From an uncultured Alphaproteobacteria bacterium (GTDB lineage Bacteria > Pseudomonadota > Alphaproteobacteria > Methylaequorales > Methylaequoraceae), in assembly GCA_902542925.1 (NCBI GenBank), contig CACBWF010000003.1:1-48128 (forward strand): a stretch of DNA of 48,128 nucleotides, in the 5' to 3' direction. Within the stretch, counting starts at the first letter, position 1; each line of letters starts with the position of its first letter. The notes below the pieces were generated by a model. That model had not been told where the DNA came from, did not search any database, and saw only the letters and a list, made by a program, of their open reading frames with translations. Positions 18,273 through 28,730 of this stretch are shown piece after piece. Both the position numbers and the translations under genes were made by a program.

Positions 18273-19439
18273 ATGGAAGAATTATTTTTAATAAACAATG
18301 AATTTAGAAATGAAGATTTAGAACTAATTAGAAAATTTCTAGAATTTAGAAAAATTTCATCAAATATAAAAAGTTATGATGAGATAAAAGACGAAAACAT
18401 TGGTAAATCAAAAATTATTACTAACAAATTATTTGAAGAAAAGATTGGTGGTAGAGAAAAACTTATCAAATTTGGTAGAAATATTGGTTGTTCAAAAATT
18501 TTAATTTTAGAATCAAATTCTGATAAATACTCTATTCAATCACATTTAGGAGAATCTGTTTTAAATATTAGTTTTAAAAAAATAAATGATTTTATTCTTG
18601 AATTGTTGATTAATATAATCTCTCAACAAAAGTTTTCATTTGCAGATCCAAGAACATTGAGTTTGATTAAATTAGCAAAAAGAGTTGCTGAAACTGATGT
18701 CACTGTTTTTGTTCACGGTCCTACAGGAACTGGAAAAGAGGTCATTTCAAATTACATACATCAAAATTCAAAAAGAAAAGACAATCCATTTATCGCAGTA
18801 AACTGTGCTGCTATACCGGAGAATATGCTAGAAGCCATGTTATTTGGTCACGAAAAAGGTGCATTTACAGGAGCATCATCTGCTAATAAAGGAATTTTTA
18901 GGGCAGCCGATACTGGAACACTTCTTTTAGATGAGATTTCTGAAATGCCATTATCTCTTCAAGCTAAGCTTCTACGTGTCTTACAAGAGAAAAAAGTTAC
19001 ACCTATTGGAGGTCAAAGAGACATAGATGTAGATGTAAGAGTAATTGCAACTACTAATAGAAATATGATGAGTGAAGTAAAAAATAAAACTTTTAGAGAA
19101 GACTTATATTACAGGCTTAATGTATTTCCGATTGAAACAACCAATTTATCAGAACGACCAGGAGATATCATACCAATAAGCCTTGCATTGTTAAAACGCC
19201 ACGTTGAAAGTTCTTCAAAGATTCCTTTTATAAGTGAAAGTGCTCAAAAAGTACTTACCAATTATAGCTGGCCAGGTAATGTCAGGGAACTTGAAAATGT
19301 TCTTCAAAGAGCGATTGTATTATCAAAAGACAATATGATTACTGACCTGGATATCATGATTGATAACGATATCGAGACTCAAATTCAAAATTTAAATCAT
19401 AATGCTGAAGAAGCAAATAAAGCTGCTTTAGGTTTTTAG
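18273..19439 (+). CDS. fleT: sigma54 activator FleT (AAA+ without C-terminal HTH)
   Basis: GPTGTGKE, GAFTGA, WPGNVRELEN; ends shortly after the AAA+ domain with no HTH; first gene before fliE, as in R. sphaeroides Fla1. Confidence 0.85.
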   Translation: MEELFLINNEFRNEDLELIRKFLEFRKISSNIKSYDEIKDENIGKSKIITNKLFEEKIGGREKLIKFGRNIGCSKILILESNSDKYSIQSHLGESVLNISFKKINDFILELLINIISQQKFSFADPRTLSLIKLAKRVAETDVTVFVHGPTGTGKEVISNYIHQNSKRKDNPFIAVNCAAIPENMLEAMLFGHEKGAFTGASSANKGIFRAADTGTLLLDEISEMPLSLQAKLLRVLQEKKVTPIGGQRDIDVDVRVIATTNRNMMSEVKNKTFREDLYYRLNVFPIETTNLSERPGDIIPISLALLKRHVESSSKIPFISESAQKVLTNYSWPGNVRELENVLQRAIVLSKDNMITDLDIMIDNDIETQIQNLNHNAEEANKAALGF

Positions 19440-19448
19440 GAGGTAAAA

Positions 19449-19787
19449 ATGAAACCAAGAATGACAACATTGACACCAGATATTAGTAATACTCAAGAAA
19501 CTGTAAAAAAATTACAAGAAAATATTATAAATACCACCAGACAATCAGTAAGTGATAATACTGATTCAGGAAATTTTTTAAGTAATATCGAAAAAGCTAT
19601 TCAAAATGTATCAGATACTCAAAAACAAAGTGCTGAGATAACTAAAAATTTTGAACTTGGATTTGAGAATGATTTAACTAAAGTTATGATTCAACAACAA
19701 TTATCATCATTAGGTTTTCAAATGACATTAAATGTTCGGAATAAAGTTTTGAGTGCTTACAAAGATATAATGAATATGCCCGTTTAA
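19449..19787 (+). CDS. fliE: Flagellar hook-basal body protein FliE
   Basis: C-terminal VRNKVLSAYKDIMNMPV. Confidence 0.95.
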   Translation: MKPRMTTLTPDISNTQETVKKLQENIINTTRQSVSDNTDSGNFLSNIEKAIQNVSDTQKQSAEITKNFELGFENDLTKVMIQQQLSSLGFQMTLNVRNKVLSAYKDIMNMPV

Positions 19788-19810
19788 GAATTATTAATTA
19801 GGATAAAAAA

Positions 19811-21526
19811 ATGGCAGAACAAACACAAAATATTAAAACAGTAAATGAACTCTCAAGTTCTGGTAGTAATTTGATGAGTAGAGCAACCAACATGTTAGAA
19901 AACTTTCAAAAGTTTTCTAACGAACCAGCTGTTCAGAGATCAATTCCAGTTATGATAACATTGTTCGTTATTTTTATTGGTATTGTACTTTTTGTAAGCT
20001 TCAGAGAACCACCAAAGACAGCACTTTTTTCTGCTCTACCAGAAAGTGAAAAATCACGTATTGTTGATGTACTCAAAGCTAATGGTATTGATGTTTCTGT
20101 TGATAGAACAACAGGAGAAGTTTTAGTTCCCTCACCTGAATATTATGAAGCTAGAATGAAACTTGCTGCCGAAGGGTTACCGAGTTCTGTACCGCAAGGT
20201 TATGATTTACTTGAAGACATTCCTTTAGGTACAAGTAGATCCGTCGAATTTATGAAAATGAAACAAACTCAAGAAATAGAATTGTCTAGATCTATAAATG
20301 AAATTTCTCATATCTTAGGAGCAAGAGTTCACTTAGCTATTCCAGAAAAATCTGTATTTGTAAGAGATTCAGCACCTCCAACTGCTTCAGTATTTATAAA
20401 GCTAGCTGATGGAAGAGTATTATCAAAAGAGCAAGTTCAATCTATAGTACATATTGTTTCATCATCAATTCCCAATATGGCATCTGATAATGTAACAGTT
20501 GTTGATCAGTATGGAACTTTATTATCCAAACCAGAAAATGACCCAAATTCTGCGTTAACGGAAAAACAATTAGCACACAGGTTAAAGGTCGAAAAACTAT
20601 ATAGAGAGAGGATAATTTCTCTTGTTACCCCAATAGTTGGACCAGGTAATTTAACGGCTCAGGTAAATATCTTAATGGACTACACAAGTTCTCAAGTTAC
20701 AGAAGAAGTTGTAGACCCTGAATCAATTGCAAAGCGTAGTGAGCAAAATAGTGCTGAAGAGTCGGCTGATAGACCTGCAAGAGGCATACCTGGTGCGGTA
20801 GCTAATCAGGCACCTCTTGCCGCAGAGTTAGGAACTGAAGCACCACAAAGTGAAGCTGAAGCTGAATTTAGACAGAGATCAACCAGTAATGTTAGAAATT
20901 ACGAAGTTAGTAAAAAGTTAAGTACAGTGGTCAAGCCTGTTGGAATTATAACAAAAGTAAAAACAGCAGTTTTAGTAAAAAATAAATTAGTGGAAACACC
21001 AGAAGGTATTGTATCTCAACCAATAAGTGATGAAGATAGAGAAAAAATCTCATCTCTTGTAAAAGAAGCCGTTGGATTTGAAGAAGATAGAGGTGATTCT
21101 ATTGTTGTTACAAGTGGTGAATTTATTGATGAAATTGATGTTCTTGAAACTAAATGGTATGAAAAATCTTGGTTTCAAAATATGGTAGGTCAACTATCAA
21201 CAGTTTTAATATTAGCAATAATAACATTTGGAGCATTAAAACCACTTCTTAATAGAATTCTGGTACCTGTTTCTGCAGGTGGAACAATGGTTACAGATTC
21301 TGATATTGAAGATGAAAAAGAAGAAGAAGTTGAAGTACAAGAAGGTGAGTCGTTAGAGGATATTAAAGCCAAACTTAAACCAAAAAAATCTGCTATTTCA
21401 GCTGAAATGTTGGATACAGCAAATACATATGATGATAAAGTTGCAGTCATAAGAATGATTGTAGGAGATGAATCAGGAAAAGTTTCTAATGTATTTAGAC
21501 AATTACTTCAAAAAGAAACAAATTAA
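19811..21526 (+). CDS. fliF: Flagellar MS-ring protein FliF
   Basis: ARMKLAAEGLP, ARVHLAIPEKSVFVRD, ASVFIKL, VTVVDQYG; two TM helices. Confidence 0.97.
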   Translation: MAEQTQNIKTVNELSSSGSNLMSRATNMLENFQKFSNEPAVQRSIPVMITLFVIFIGIVLFVSFREPPKTALFSALPESEKSRIVDVLKANGIDVSVDRTTGEVLVPSPEYYEARMKLAAEGLPSSVPQGYDLLEDIPLGTSRSVEFMKMKQTQEIELSRSINEISHILGARVHLAIPEKSVFVRDSAPPTASVFIKLADGRVLSKEQVQSIVHIVSSSIPNMASDNVTVVDQYGTLLSKPENDPNSALTEKQLAHRLKVEKLYRERIISLVTPIVGPGNLTAQVNILMDYTSSQVTEEVVDPESIAKRSEQNSAEESADRPARGIPGAVANQAPLAAELGTEAPQSEAEAEFRQRSTSNVRNYEVSKKLSTVVKPVGIITKVKTAVLVKNKLVETPEGIVSQPISDEDREKISSLVKEAVGFEEDRGDSIVVTSGEFIDEIDVLETKWYEKSWFQNMVGQLSTVLILAIITFGALKPLLNRILVPVSAGGTMVTDSDIEDEKEEEVEVQEGESLEDIKAKLKPKKSAISAEMLDTANTYDDKVAVIRMIVGDESGKVSNVFRQLLQKETN

Positions 21527-21540
21527 TATAGAATAGAATT

Positions 21541-22590
21541 ATGGCTGAAAAAAAAGTAGATAATACTCAAGAAGAAGAAGAAAAAACACCATATGAGAGA
21601 CTAAGTAACACTCAAAAATGTGCTGTTCTTATGATGCTTCTTGGAGAAGATGAAGCTGCAGAAATTTTAAAGAACCTTGGACCAAAAGAAGTACAACAAC
21701 TCGGAAAAGAGATGTATTCAGTTGCGGGTTTAGATCAAGATACAGTCAATCAAGTATTAGATGAATTTCTTGCAATAATTAAAACACAGACAGATTTAGG
21801 AATGGGATCTTCAAATTATATTAGAAATGTGATGACTAAAGCATTGGGTGAGAATAAAGCACAATCAGTTCTTGGAAGAATCACTCCCACGGAATCTGAT
21901 AAACCAATCGAAATTCTTGATTGGATGGATGCCAGATCTGTCACAGAATTAATTGCCGATGAACATCCACAAATAATGTCTCTTGTTATTTCTTACTTAG
22001 AACCAGGAGTTGCAGCTGATGTGTTAGTAATGCTTCCGGAAGATATTCAAGCAGACATAATTCATAGAATTGCTACACTTGAAACAGTTCAACCAGATGC
22101 ACTTCATGAACTTGAAAGAGTGATGCAACTTAAGTTTAAAACTAATACATCTCTAAGAGCTTCTTCAGTTGGTGGAGTAAAAGCTGCAGCACAAATTATG
22201 AATTTTACTAAACAAAATATGGAAGGAAGGATAATAAAGTCATTAGGGGAAAAAGATCGACTTTTAGCAAAAGATATCCAAGAAAGTATGTTTACATTCG
22301 ATACATTGATACTGATGGATGACAGGAGCATGCAAACATTGTTAAGAAATGTTGAACAAGAAGTTCTAATAATAGCGCTTAAGGGCACAGATGACGAATT
22401 GAAAGAAAAAATATTTTCATGTATGTCTCAAAGAGCTGCTGCTAACATACAAGATGAAATGGAAGTTTTAGGACCACTAAGGTTAACTGAAGTTCAGGAA
22501 GCGCAGAAAGCAATTATTAATGTTGCAAGAACAATGTCTGATGAAGGGTCAATCGTTCTTGCTGGAAGAGGTGGAGATGATTACGTATGA
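21541..22590 (+). CDS. fliG: Flagellar motor switch protein FliG
   Basis: EHPQ, GGVKAAAQIMN, MFTFD, GPLRLTEVQEAQ. Confidence 0.97.
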   Translation: MAEKKVDNTQEEEEKTPYERLSNTQKCAVLMMLLGEDEAAEILKNLGPKEVQQLGKEMYSVAGLDQDTVNQVLDEFLAIIKTQTDLGMGSSNYIRNVMTKALGENKAQSVLGRITPTESDKPIEILDWMDARSVTELIADEHPQIMSLVISYLEPGVAADVLVMLPEDIQADIIHRIATLETVQPDALHELERVMQLKFKTNTSLRASSVGGVKAAAQIMNFTKQNMEGRIIKSLGEKDRLLAKDIQESMFTFDTLILMDDRSMQTLLRNVEQEVLIIALKGTDDELKEKIFSCMSQRAAANIQDEMEVLGPLRLTEVQEAQKAIINVARTMSDEGSIVLAGRGGDDYV

Positions 22591-23441
22591 TGCAAAATCA
22601 AACAAACCTAAAAAAAAAAGAAAATAATTCTTTAAATACAGACGAAATTCTTGGAATTCTTAGAAAAGCAAATAAGGATTTTACAAAAGAAACTGATATT
22701 TCTGGTAAAATATCAAATACTTTTCAAAGAACTGACATAATTAAAATTGCTAGGAAAAATAGTGGGACAAAGCAAGATATAACTTCTGAAAATAAAGTCA
22801 AAAATGAAGCTAAAAAAAATAATCAGCCTGATGAAACAAAAAGCAAAGATTCTGATAAAAAAATAGAAACAGAAAATAAACCAAAATTAATAAAAAAGTA
22901 TACTGAGCAAGAAGCAGATTTAAAAGCAAAAGAATTAGCAAAAAAATATTATTATCATGGATACAATTTAGGCGTTAAAAATATTAAAAAAGAATTACAA
23001 AAAGGAGAAAACAACTTAGCAATAACTCTTAAAAATACCATCGATAATCTTTTTTTTGTTTCAAAAGAATTTACTGAAAAGCTCTCTAAGGAAATTAATG
23101 TTTCAATTTTAAAACTTTGCAGGGAAATAATTGGGTATGAAATATCATTAGAACCTGGAAAATTTAATCAGAAAATATCCAAATTAGCTGATTTAATATC
23201 TAATTCAACAAACAAAATTAATGTGTTTCTTAATCCTGAAGATTTAAAAATTATTGCTAAATACTTAGAAAGTCATAAACCAAATACAGATATCAATCTT
23301 AGAGAAGATAGCAAGTTAGAAAGAGGAGATATTAAAATTAGTTCTGGTGAAATTGAAATTGAAGAAATATTCTCAAAAAAAATATTGTTTAATGATGATT
23401 TTGAAATAGCAAATCAATCACACACCCCAAAAAAGAAATAA
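22587..23441 (+). CDS. fliH: Flagellar assembly protein FliH
   Basis: Position between fliG and fliI; GYNLG, LNPED and DSKLERGD C-terminal motifs. Confidence 0.85.
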   Translation: MMQNQTNLKKKENNSLNTDEILGILRKANKDFTKETDISGKISNTFQRTDIIKIARKNSGTKQDITSENKVKNEAKKNNQPDETKSKDSDKKIETENKPKLIKKYTEQEADLKAKELAKKYYYHGYNLGVKNIKKELQKGENNLAITLKNTIDNLFFVSKEFTEKLSKEINVSILKLCREIIGYEISLEPGKFNQKISKLADLISNSTNKINVFLNPEDLKIIAKYLESHKPNTDINLREDSKLERGDIKISSGEIEIEEIFSKKILFNDDFEIANQSHTPKKK

Positions 23442-23442
23442 T

Positions 23443-24762
23443 ATGTCGGCTATTCTAAACAAAATCCATGAAAACTTTTCAAAAACTTCTTTAAAAAAAG
23501 ATAAAATTTATAAAGGTAAAATTTCAAGATTTGATGGTAAAATTGCTGAATGCAGTGGATTTCCAAGTCCTATTGGAACAATTTGTAAGATTAATTGTAG
23601 TGATGATAAGTTTGTAACTGGAGAAATAATTGGTTTTAAAGATGGCAGAAATTTATTAGCTATTCATGACTTAAACGCAAATGTTATTTCTGGTGCACCG
23701 GTTGAAGTAATTGAAAATGGATTTTACATAAATGTGAGTGATAAATTACTAGGAAGAGTTATTAATGCTCAAGGTAAAGCTATAGATGGTTCAAAACCGA
23801 TAGAAATAAGTGAAAATTATTGGCCTATTACAGGTAAATCAGTTAATCCTATGAACAAGGAACCAATTAATGAACCATTAGATGTTGGTATTAAAGCAAT
23901 TAACTCTCTTCTAACAGTTGGCAGAGGACAAAGACTCGGAATAATAGCAGGCTCAGGTGTGGGAAAATCTATACTACTTAGCATGATGACCAAATTTACG
24001 TCTGCAGATGTAGTAGTTGTCGCTCTTATAGGGGAACGCAGTAGAGAAGTTGGTAGCTTCGTAAGACAGGTTTTTAATGAAAAAACAAGACAAAAAACAG
24101 TTATTGTTGCGGTTCCAGCAGATAAATCTCCTCTGTTAAGAATTAGGGGGGCTGAAAGGGCAACATCTATTGCAGAATATTTTAGAGATAAAGGGAAAAA
24201 TGTTTTGCTTATTATGGACTCTCTTACTCGAATTGCCCATGCCAAAAGAGAGGTTGGTTTAGCATTAGGTGAACAACCAACATCAAAAGGGTATCCTCCA
24301 TCGGTTATTTCAATGCTACCTAATTTAATTGAAAGAACTGGTACAGGCACCAACGGTGGAAGTATTACTGCATTTTATACTATCTTGGCGGACTCTGATG
24401 ATACTAATGATCCTGTAGTTGATACTGCAAGAGCAATATTGGATGGACACATAGTACTTTCGAGACAACACGCTCAGATGGGAATATACCCTGCTATAGA
24501 TATAAATTTATCTTTAAGTAGGGTTATGAATTCAATCGCTGAAGAAAAGCATATTGAAAAGGCTACTTATATAAAAAAACTTTATTCATTGTATTTAGAA
24601 AATAGGGATCTTGTGTTAATGGGTGGGTATAATAAAGGTCAAAATGAAGAAATTGATAAGGCAATTGAAAACTGGTCTAAGATTTGCAAATTAATCACCC
24701 AAGCAGAAGACCAGTCTTCAAATTTTGAAGATAGCCTAAAAGAATTATACTCAATAAATTAA
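23443..24762 (+). CDS. fliI: Flagellar export ATPase FliI
   Basis: AGSGVGKS, LIGERSREV, DSLTR, KGYPPS, LDGHIVLSR. Confidence 0.97.
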   Translation: MSAILNKIHENFSKTSLKKDKIYKGKISRFDGKIAECSGFPSPIGTICKINCSDDKFVTGEIIGFKDGRNLLAIHDLNANVISGAPVEVIENGFYINVSDKLLGRVINAQGKAIDGSKPIEISENYWPITGKSVNPMNKEPINEPLDVGIKAINSLLTVGRGQRLGIIAGSGVGKSILLSMMTKFTSADVVVVALIGERSREVGSFVRQVFNEKTRQKTVIVAVPADKSPLLRIRGAERATSIAEYFRDKGKNVLLIMDSLTRIAHAKREVGLALGEQPTSKGYPPSVISMLPNLIERTGTGTNGGSITAFYTILADSDDTNDPVVDTARAILDGHIVLSRQHAQMGIYPAIDINLSLSRVMNSIAEEKHIEKATYIKKLYSLYLENRDLVLMGGYNKGQNEEIDKAIENWSKICKLITQAEDQSSNFEDSLKELYSIN

Positions 24763-24763
24763 A

Positions 24764-25174
24764 ATGAAGAAAAAAACTTATAATTTATTACTTCTAAAAA
24801 AAAAAATAAGTAAAAATCAATCTTTCAAAGAAATTTCCTCTCTTTCAAAGGAAAAAGATAAAAATAGAAATGCTGTTAAATCTCTTAATGATTTATTAAA
24901 CAAAAGTAAGTCAAATATAGGGCAACTACTGACAAGTAGTGATCTAAAAAATATGTCATATTTTCAAGAAGAGATTCGAAAAAGAGTAGAAATATCAAAA
25001 AGCAGAGAAAATTTCTTACAAGCTGAAATTAAAAGTAAAATGAAAGAATTATCAAAAATAAAAAAACAGGAAGAGGTTGTTAAGAATAAAATTAAAGATA
25101 TTGATTACCTTTCAAATGAAGAAACAGAAAAGAAAACAGAAATCACTCTTTTTAATAAAGGCTCAGGTTTGTAA
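24764..25174 (+). CDS. fliJ: Probable FliJ (coiled coil)
   Basis: 136-aa coiled-coil protein 1 bp after fliI; call is mainly positional. Confidence 0.7.
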   Translation: MKKKTYNLLLLKKKISKNQSFKEISSLSKEKDKNRNAVKSLNDLLNKSKSNIGQLLTSSDLKNMSYFQEEIRKRVEISKSRENFLQAEIKSKMKELSKIKKQEEVVKNKIKDIDYLSNEETEKKTEITLFNKGSGL

Positions 25175-25183
25175 AAATGTACA

Positions 25184-25199
25184 TGGCATTAGATTTGCA
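25184..25199 (+). promoter_or_regulatory. sigma54 promoter of fliKLMN
   Basis: TGGCATTAGATTTGCA with exact spacing in the fliJ-fliK gap. Confidence 0.88.
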
Positions 25200-25235
25200 G
25201 AATATTTCTGTAAAAATTTAATATAGGTATATTTA

Positions 25236-26531
25236 ATGGATGTTTTGAAAAAAAAAGGAGAATTACCAACAGTAGATTCAAATAACAAGTTTATTAATAT
25301 AAAATCTGAAGGATTAGATGGAGTATTTGCTGAGTTGTTCTCACTTGTAAATTTATCTTCTATTGAATCAATAAACCCAAACAATGCTAATACTAACGCT
25401 AATGAAATAAATAACACAATTATAAACACTGATGGTGAAGAAATTAAAAGTGATAAAAATTCATTACTTGCAGCCAAATCACTAATATCCATTTTTCTTA
25501 ATGATAAAGAGGTTACCAGTAATACTGATCAAGCTGAAAAAATAAGTTTTAATTTAAAATCTTTTCAAAATATAAATTTACCTAAAACTGAAAATAAAGA
25601 AAAGGACTTCAAGGAACAAAATTTAAATTTTAATCAAAAAGACTATCTCATCAATTCAATTGGTATTACAAATAAGAAAAAAAAACAAGGTGATTTGACT
25701 GATAGTTCCAGGAAGTATAGCAACTTTAAAAATAATGATACTACTGATATTCTCGTTAAAGAAAATAAAAAAGATAACCTTAATAATGAATTACAAAAAA
25801 ATTCCAATTTAATCAATAAATCCAATCAATTGTTTTCAAATAGTGTAATGAAAAATTCAAAAAAGAAAGGACTAAAAGATAAAAATAAAATTTTTAAAAT
25901 TTCAGTAGAATATCTTTCAAAAGAAAAATCAGACATATCAATTCAAAAATTTGCAACGAACAAAGTTAGTAAACATATGTTAAAACAAACAACTGAAAAT
26001 AAAATGTTGTTGTCTAATAACGCTGAAAATTTAAATAGAGGAAATTTAATTGAAAACACTGTAACAAAAAATATTAATTATAATAATGTTCATGATAAAC
26101 AGTTTTTAGACTTACTTGAAAGTGGATGGGGAGAAAAATTTATTAAATCTTTAAAACAAAATATTGAAAATGGTAAAAATAAGATTGACTTCACAATTAA
26201 ACCAAAAAATTTAGGTAAACTAAAAGTTGAGGTTAACGTCGAGGATGGAAAAACTAATATTAAAATAAATGCCGAGAATAAAACTGTTGCTCATTTATTA
26301 AATGAAAACCAGATGAGACTTAATGATTTACTTAATAGAGATAATTTGAGATCAGATAGCATGTTTCAAGCAAGTCACCAAAATAATTCGAACGAAAATA
26401 GTAAAAATAATAATAAAAAAAAAAATGATAATTTTGATTCAATGCAAAGAAAAATTGAAACTAGTAGTAAAGAAGGTCAGGAAATAAGTAGCGCTAAAAA
26501 AAAATTACATAAAGTTGATATTAATGCATAA
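25236..26531 (+). CDS. fliK: Flagellar hook-length control protein FliK
   Basis: Low-complexity N/K-rich N-terminal region; C-terminal T3S4 domain IKPKNLGKLKVEV. Confidence 0.85.
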   Translation: MDVLKKKGELPTVDSNNKFINIKSEGLDGVFAELFSLVNLSSIESINPNNANTNANEINNTIINTDGEEIKSDKNSLLAAKSLISIFLNDKEVTSNTDQAEKISFNLKSFQNINLPKTENKEKDFKEQNLNFNQKDYLINSIGITNKKKKQGDLTDSSRKYSNFKNNDTTDILVKENKKDNLNNELQKNSNLINKSNQLFSNSVMKNSKKKGLKDKNKIFKISVEYLSKEKSDISIQKFATNKVSKHMLKQTTENKMLLSNNAENLNRGNLIENTVTKNINYNNVHDKQFLDLLESGWGEKFIKSLKQNIENGKNKIDFTIKPKNLGKLKVEVNVEDGKTNIKINAENKTVAHLLNENQMRLNDLLNRDNLRSDSMFQASHQNNSNENSKNNNKKKNDNFDSMQRKIETSSKEGQEISSAKKKLHKVDINA

Positions 26532-26559
26532 GTTTATACAATAAAAAAGGAACAAGGTT

Positions 26560-27201
26560 ATGGCTGAAAATAAAAATCAGGAAGAAGAAAATAATAATAA
26601 AGGTGGAATTGTAAAAATTGCTTTAATGGGAGTTGGTGGACTTGTTCTTCTAGCTTTAGGTGCTTTTGTAGGGGCTTTTTTCTTTGGTGGAGAAAGTACT
26701 GATCCCTCTAGTGAAATATCACAAATTATAGAGAAAAAAGAAAACCCTGAAAAATTAGAAGAAGACGATGAATCAACAGAAGAAATAGCTGAAAATGAAT
26801 GTGCTGAAGAAGAAAAAGATGAAGAAGGAAATTGCCCAGTCGGACCAAAGAAAATTCCTAAACTTGTTCCAGAGGAAGAACTATTTGCAACAACTTACTA
26901 TGAATTTCCTGGTAATTTTACAACAAACTTAAAAGGTTCTAAAAAATTTCTTCAGGTTTCCTTAGGTGTGTCAACACAATATGATGAGCAAGTTATGGCA
27001 AATGTAGACAGTCACCAATTGGCTTTAAGATCTGAAATATTAGGTATCATATCTGAGTTTACTGCAGAAGATGTATCAAATAGAGAAGGTAAAAAGCAAC
27101 TTGCAGAAAAATTGAAAGAGGGGATCAATTTAATCCTTGAAGATGTAGAAGGATTTGGTGGAGTTGAAAATGTTCATTTTACATCGTTTGTTTTACAATA
27201 G
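26560..27201 (+). CDS. fliL: Flagellar basal body-associated protein FliL
   Basis: N-terminal TM, FTTNLKGSKKFLQV, C-terminal VHFTSFVLQ. Confidence 0.93.
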   Translation: MAENKNQEEENNNKGGIVKIALMGVGGLVLLALGAFVGAFFFGGESTDPSSEISQIIEKKENPEKLEEDDESTEEIAENECAEEEKDEEGNCPVGPKKIPKLVPEEELFATTYYEFPGNFTTNLKGSKKFLQVSLGVSTQYDEQVMANVDSHQLALRSEILGIISEFTAEDVSNREGKKQLAEKLKEGINLILEDVEGFGGVENVHFTSFVLQ

Positions 27202-27219
27202 TTTTATTTAAGGAAAAAT

Positions 27220-28218
27220 ATGGCAGAACCATCAAGAAAATTATCATCGGATGAAGTAACTGCTCTCATGGAGGGTTTAAAAACTGGTGATTTAAGTAAA
27301 TCAACAATCAAATCAGGTAAAGATGTAGAAGTAAAACCTTTTACTTTTGGATCTGATGATCTGACCTTACTAGGTGATTATTATGCGCTTAGACTAATCA
27401 ACGAGAGATTTGCAAGAATGGTAAGAACAGTATTTTTACCTCTATTAAGAGTTCAACCAAGAATAAGTTCATTTCCACCAGAAGTAAAAACCTTTGAAGA
27501 ATATAGTTCAGGACTTGATGCTTTTATGAGTTTAACTAATAACAGAATAGAGGAATTAAGAGGTTCCATGTTGACTGTCCTACCTCCGAACTTCGTAAGC
27601 TTATGTACAAGTAGCAGGTATGGAGGTAAATTAGAAATAAGTGATAATTCAAGAACTGAATTTACTTCAACAGAAGAAAAAATTATTGAAGTAATCAATA
27701 CTGGTATTTGTAATACTTTAGAACTTTCGTGGAAAGATTTAACGCCTATAACACTTAAATTTCAAAGTAGAGAGCAAAATCCTCAATTTGCTGCATTTGT
27801 TGAAGCAACTGATCTGGTAATAGTTTGTTCATTTGTAATGCAATTACCAAAGATTGATTCAATATCCTTTGATATTGTATATCCATTACAAACGTTAAAA
27901 CCAGTATCGTCTTTACTAAGATCAAGAGTGCAATCTGATGTTATTGATTCGAACCTTAATTGGCAGGATAGATTACAAAATGCTGTTTTGGAAATTCCTT
28001 TGAAAGCATATAGTAATTTGGCTGAACCAACTGTTTCAATGTCTAAACTACTAGTATTAAAAAAAGGTGATGTACTACCTGTTAATGTTGAAGATACTGT
28101 TGATTTTTATGTTGAAGATCAAAAATATTTTTTGGCAGAAATGGGACAAGTTAAAGGTAATATTGCAGTCAATTTAAAAGAAAGATTAAACATTTTAGGA
28201 GAAAAAAATGAACGCTGA
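27220..28218 (+). CDS. fliM: Flagellar motor switch protein FliM
   Basis: N-terminal KLSSDEVTALM, INERFAR, EFTSTEEKII, C-terminal SpoA domain. Confidence 0.93.
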   Translation: MAEPSRKLSSDEVTALMEGLKTGDLSKSTIKSGKDVEVKPFTFGSDDLTLLGDYYALRLINERFARMVRTVFLPLLRVQPRISSFPPEVKTFEEYSSGLDAFMSLTNNRIEELRGSMLTVLPPNFVSLCTSSRYGGKLEISDNSRTEFTSTEEKIIEVINTGICNTLELSWKDLTPITLKFQSREQNPQFAAFVEATDLVIVCSFVMQLPKIDSISFDIVYPLQTLKPVSSLLRSRVQSDVIDSNLNWQDRLQNAVLEIPLKAYSNLAEPTVSMSKLLVLKKGDVLPVNVEDTVDFYVEDQKYFLAEMGQVKGNIAVNLKERLNILGEKNER

Positions 28219-28594
28219 AACAACTGAAAATGTAAATTCAGAAACTAAAAATGAGAATGCACAGGTATCAGAAGATCCAAAAAAAACTGATCAGCAAAGT
28301 CAAGAAGTTGATTCAAAAATAAAGGATAGCTCAGCTGCTAATAATTTAAGAGTTCTTGAAAATATAGATGTAAAACTAACTGTAGAAGTTGGCAATACTG
28401 AAATTAAGATTAGAGATTTACTAAGATTAAATGAGGGTTCAGTTGTAGAATTAGATAGATTAGCTGGTGAACCTCTTGATATACTTGCTAATGGTACCAT
28501 GATTGCCAAAGGAGAAGTAGTTATGGTAGGAGAAAGATTTGGAATTAGGCTCACAGAGGTAGTTGATCCTGAAGAGAGAGTTCAAAATCTATAA
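28208..28594 (+). CDS. fliN: Flagellar motor switch protein FliN
   Basis: GSVVELDRLAGEPLDILANG and AKGEVVMVGERFGIR. Confidence 0.97.
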   Translation: MNAETTENVNSETKNENAQVSEDPKKTDQQSQEVDSKIKDSSAANNLRVLENIDVKLTVEVGNTEIKIRDLLRLNEGSVVELDRLAGEPLDILANGTMIAKGEVVMVGERFGIRLTEVVDPEERVQNL

Positions 28595-28597
28595 ATT

Positions 28598-28611
28598 GTC
28601 AATATTTTGGC
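28598..28611. promoter_or_regulatory. FleQ-type box upstream of the fliO promoter
   Basis: GTCA-ATATTT-TGGC, one mismatch to GTCA-N6-TGAC, about 70 bp upstream of the -24 element. Confidence 0.55.
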
Positions 28612-28638
28612 ATTTAAATATAATAAAAATATAAATAA

Positions 28639-28651
28639 ATTCAGTAACTTA
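28639..28651 (+). promoter_or_regulatory. IHF-like site at the fliO promoter
   Basis: ATTCAGTAACTTA, identical to the reverse complement of 18170-18182. Confidence 0.55.
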
Positions 28652-28679
28652 TATAACAAAGACCCTATAAACTAAGTCA

Positions 28680-28695
28680 TGGCAGGTTTCTTGCT
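28680..28695 (+). promoter_or_regulatory. sigma54 promoter of the fliOPQR-flhB operon
   Basis: TGGCAGGTTTCTTGCT with exact spacing, followed by an AAGGAG RBS. Confidence 0.88.
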
Positions 28696-28730
28696 TATGG
28701 TTATAGATAAACCATAAGGAGTTCAAGATT

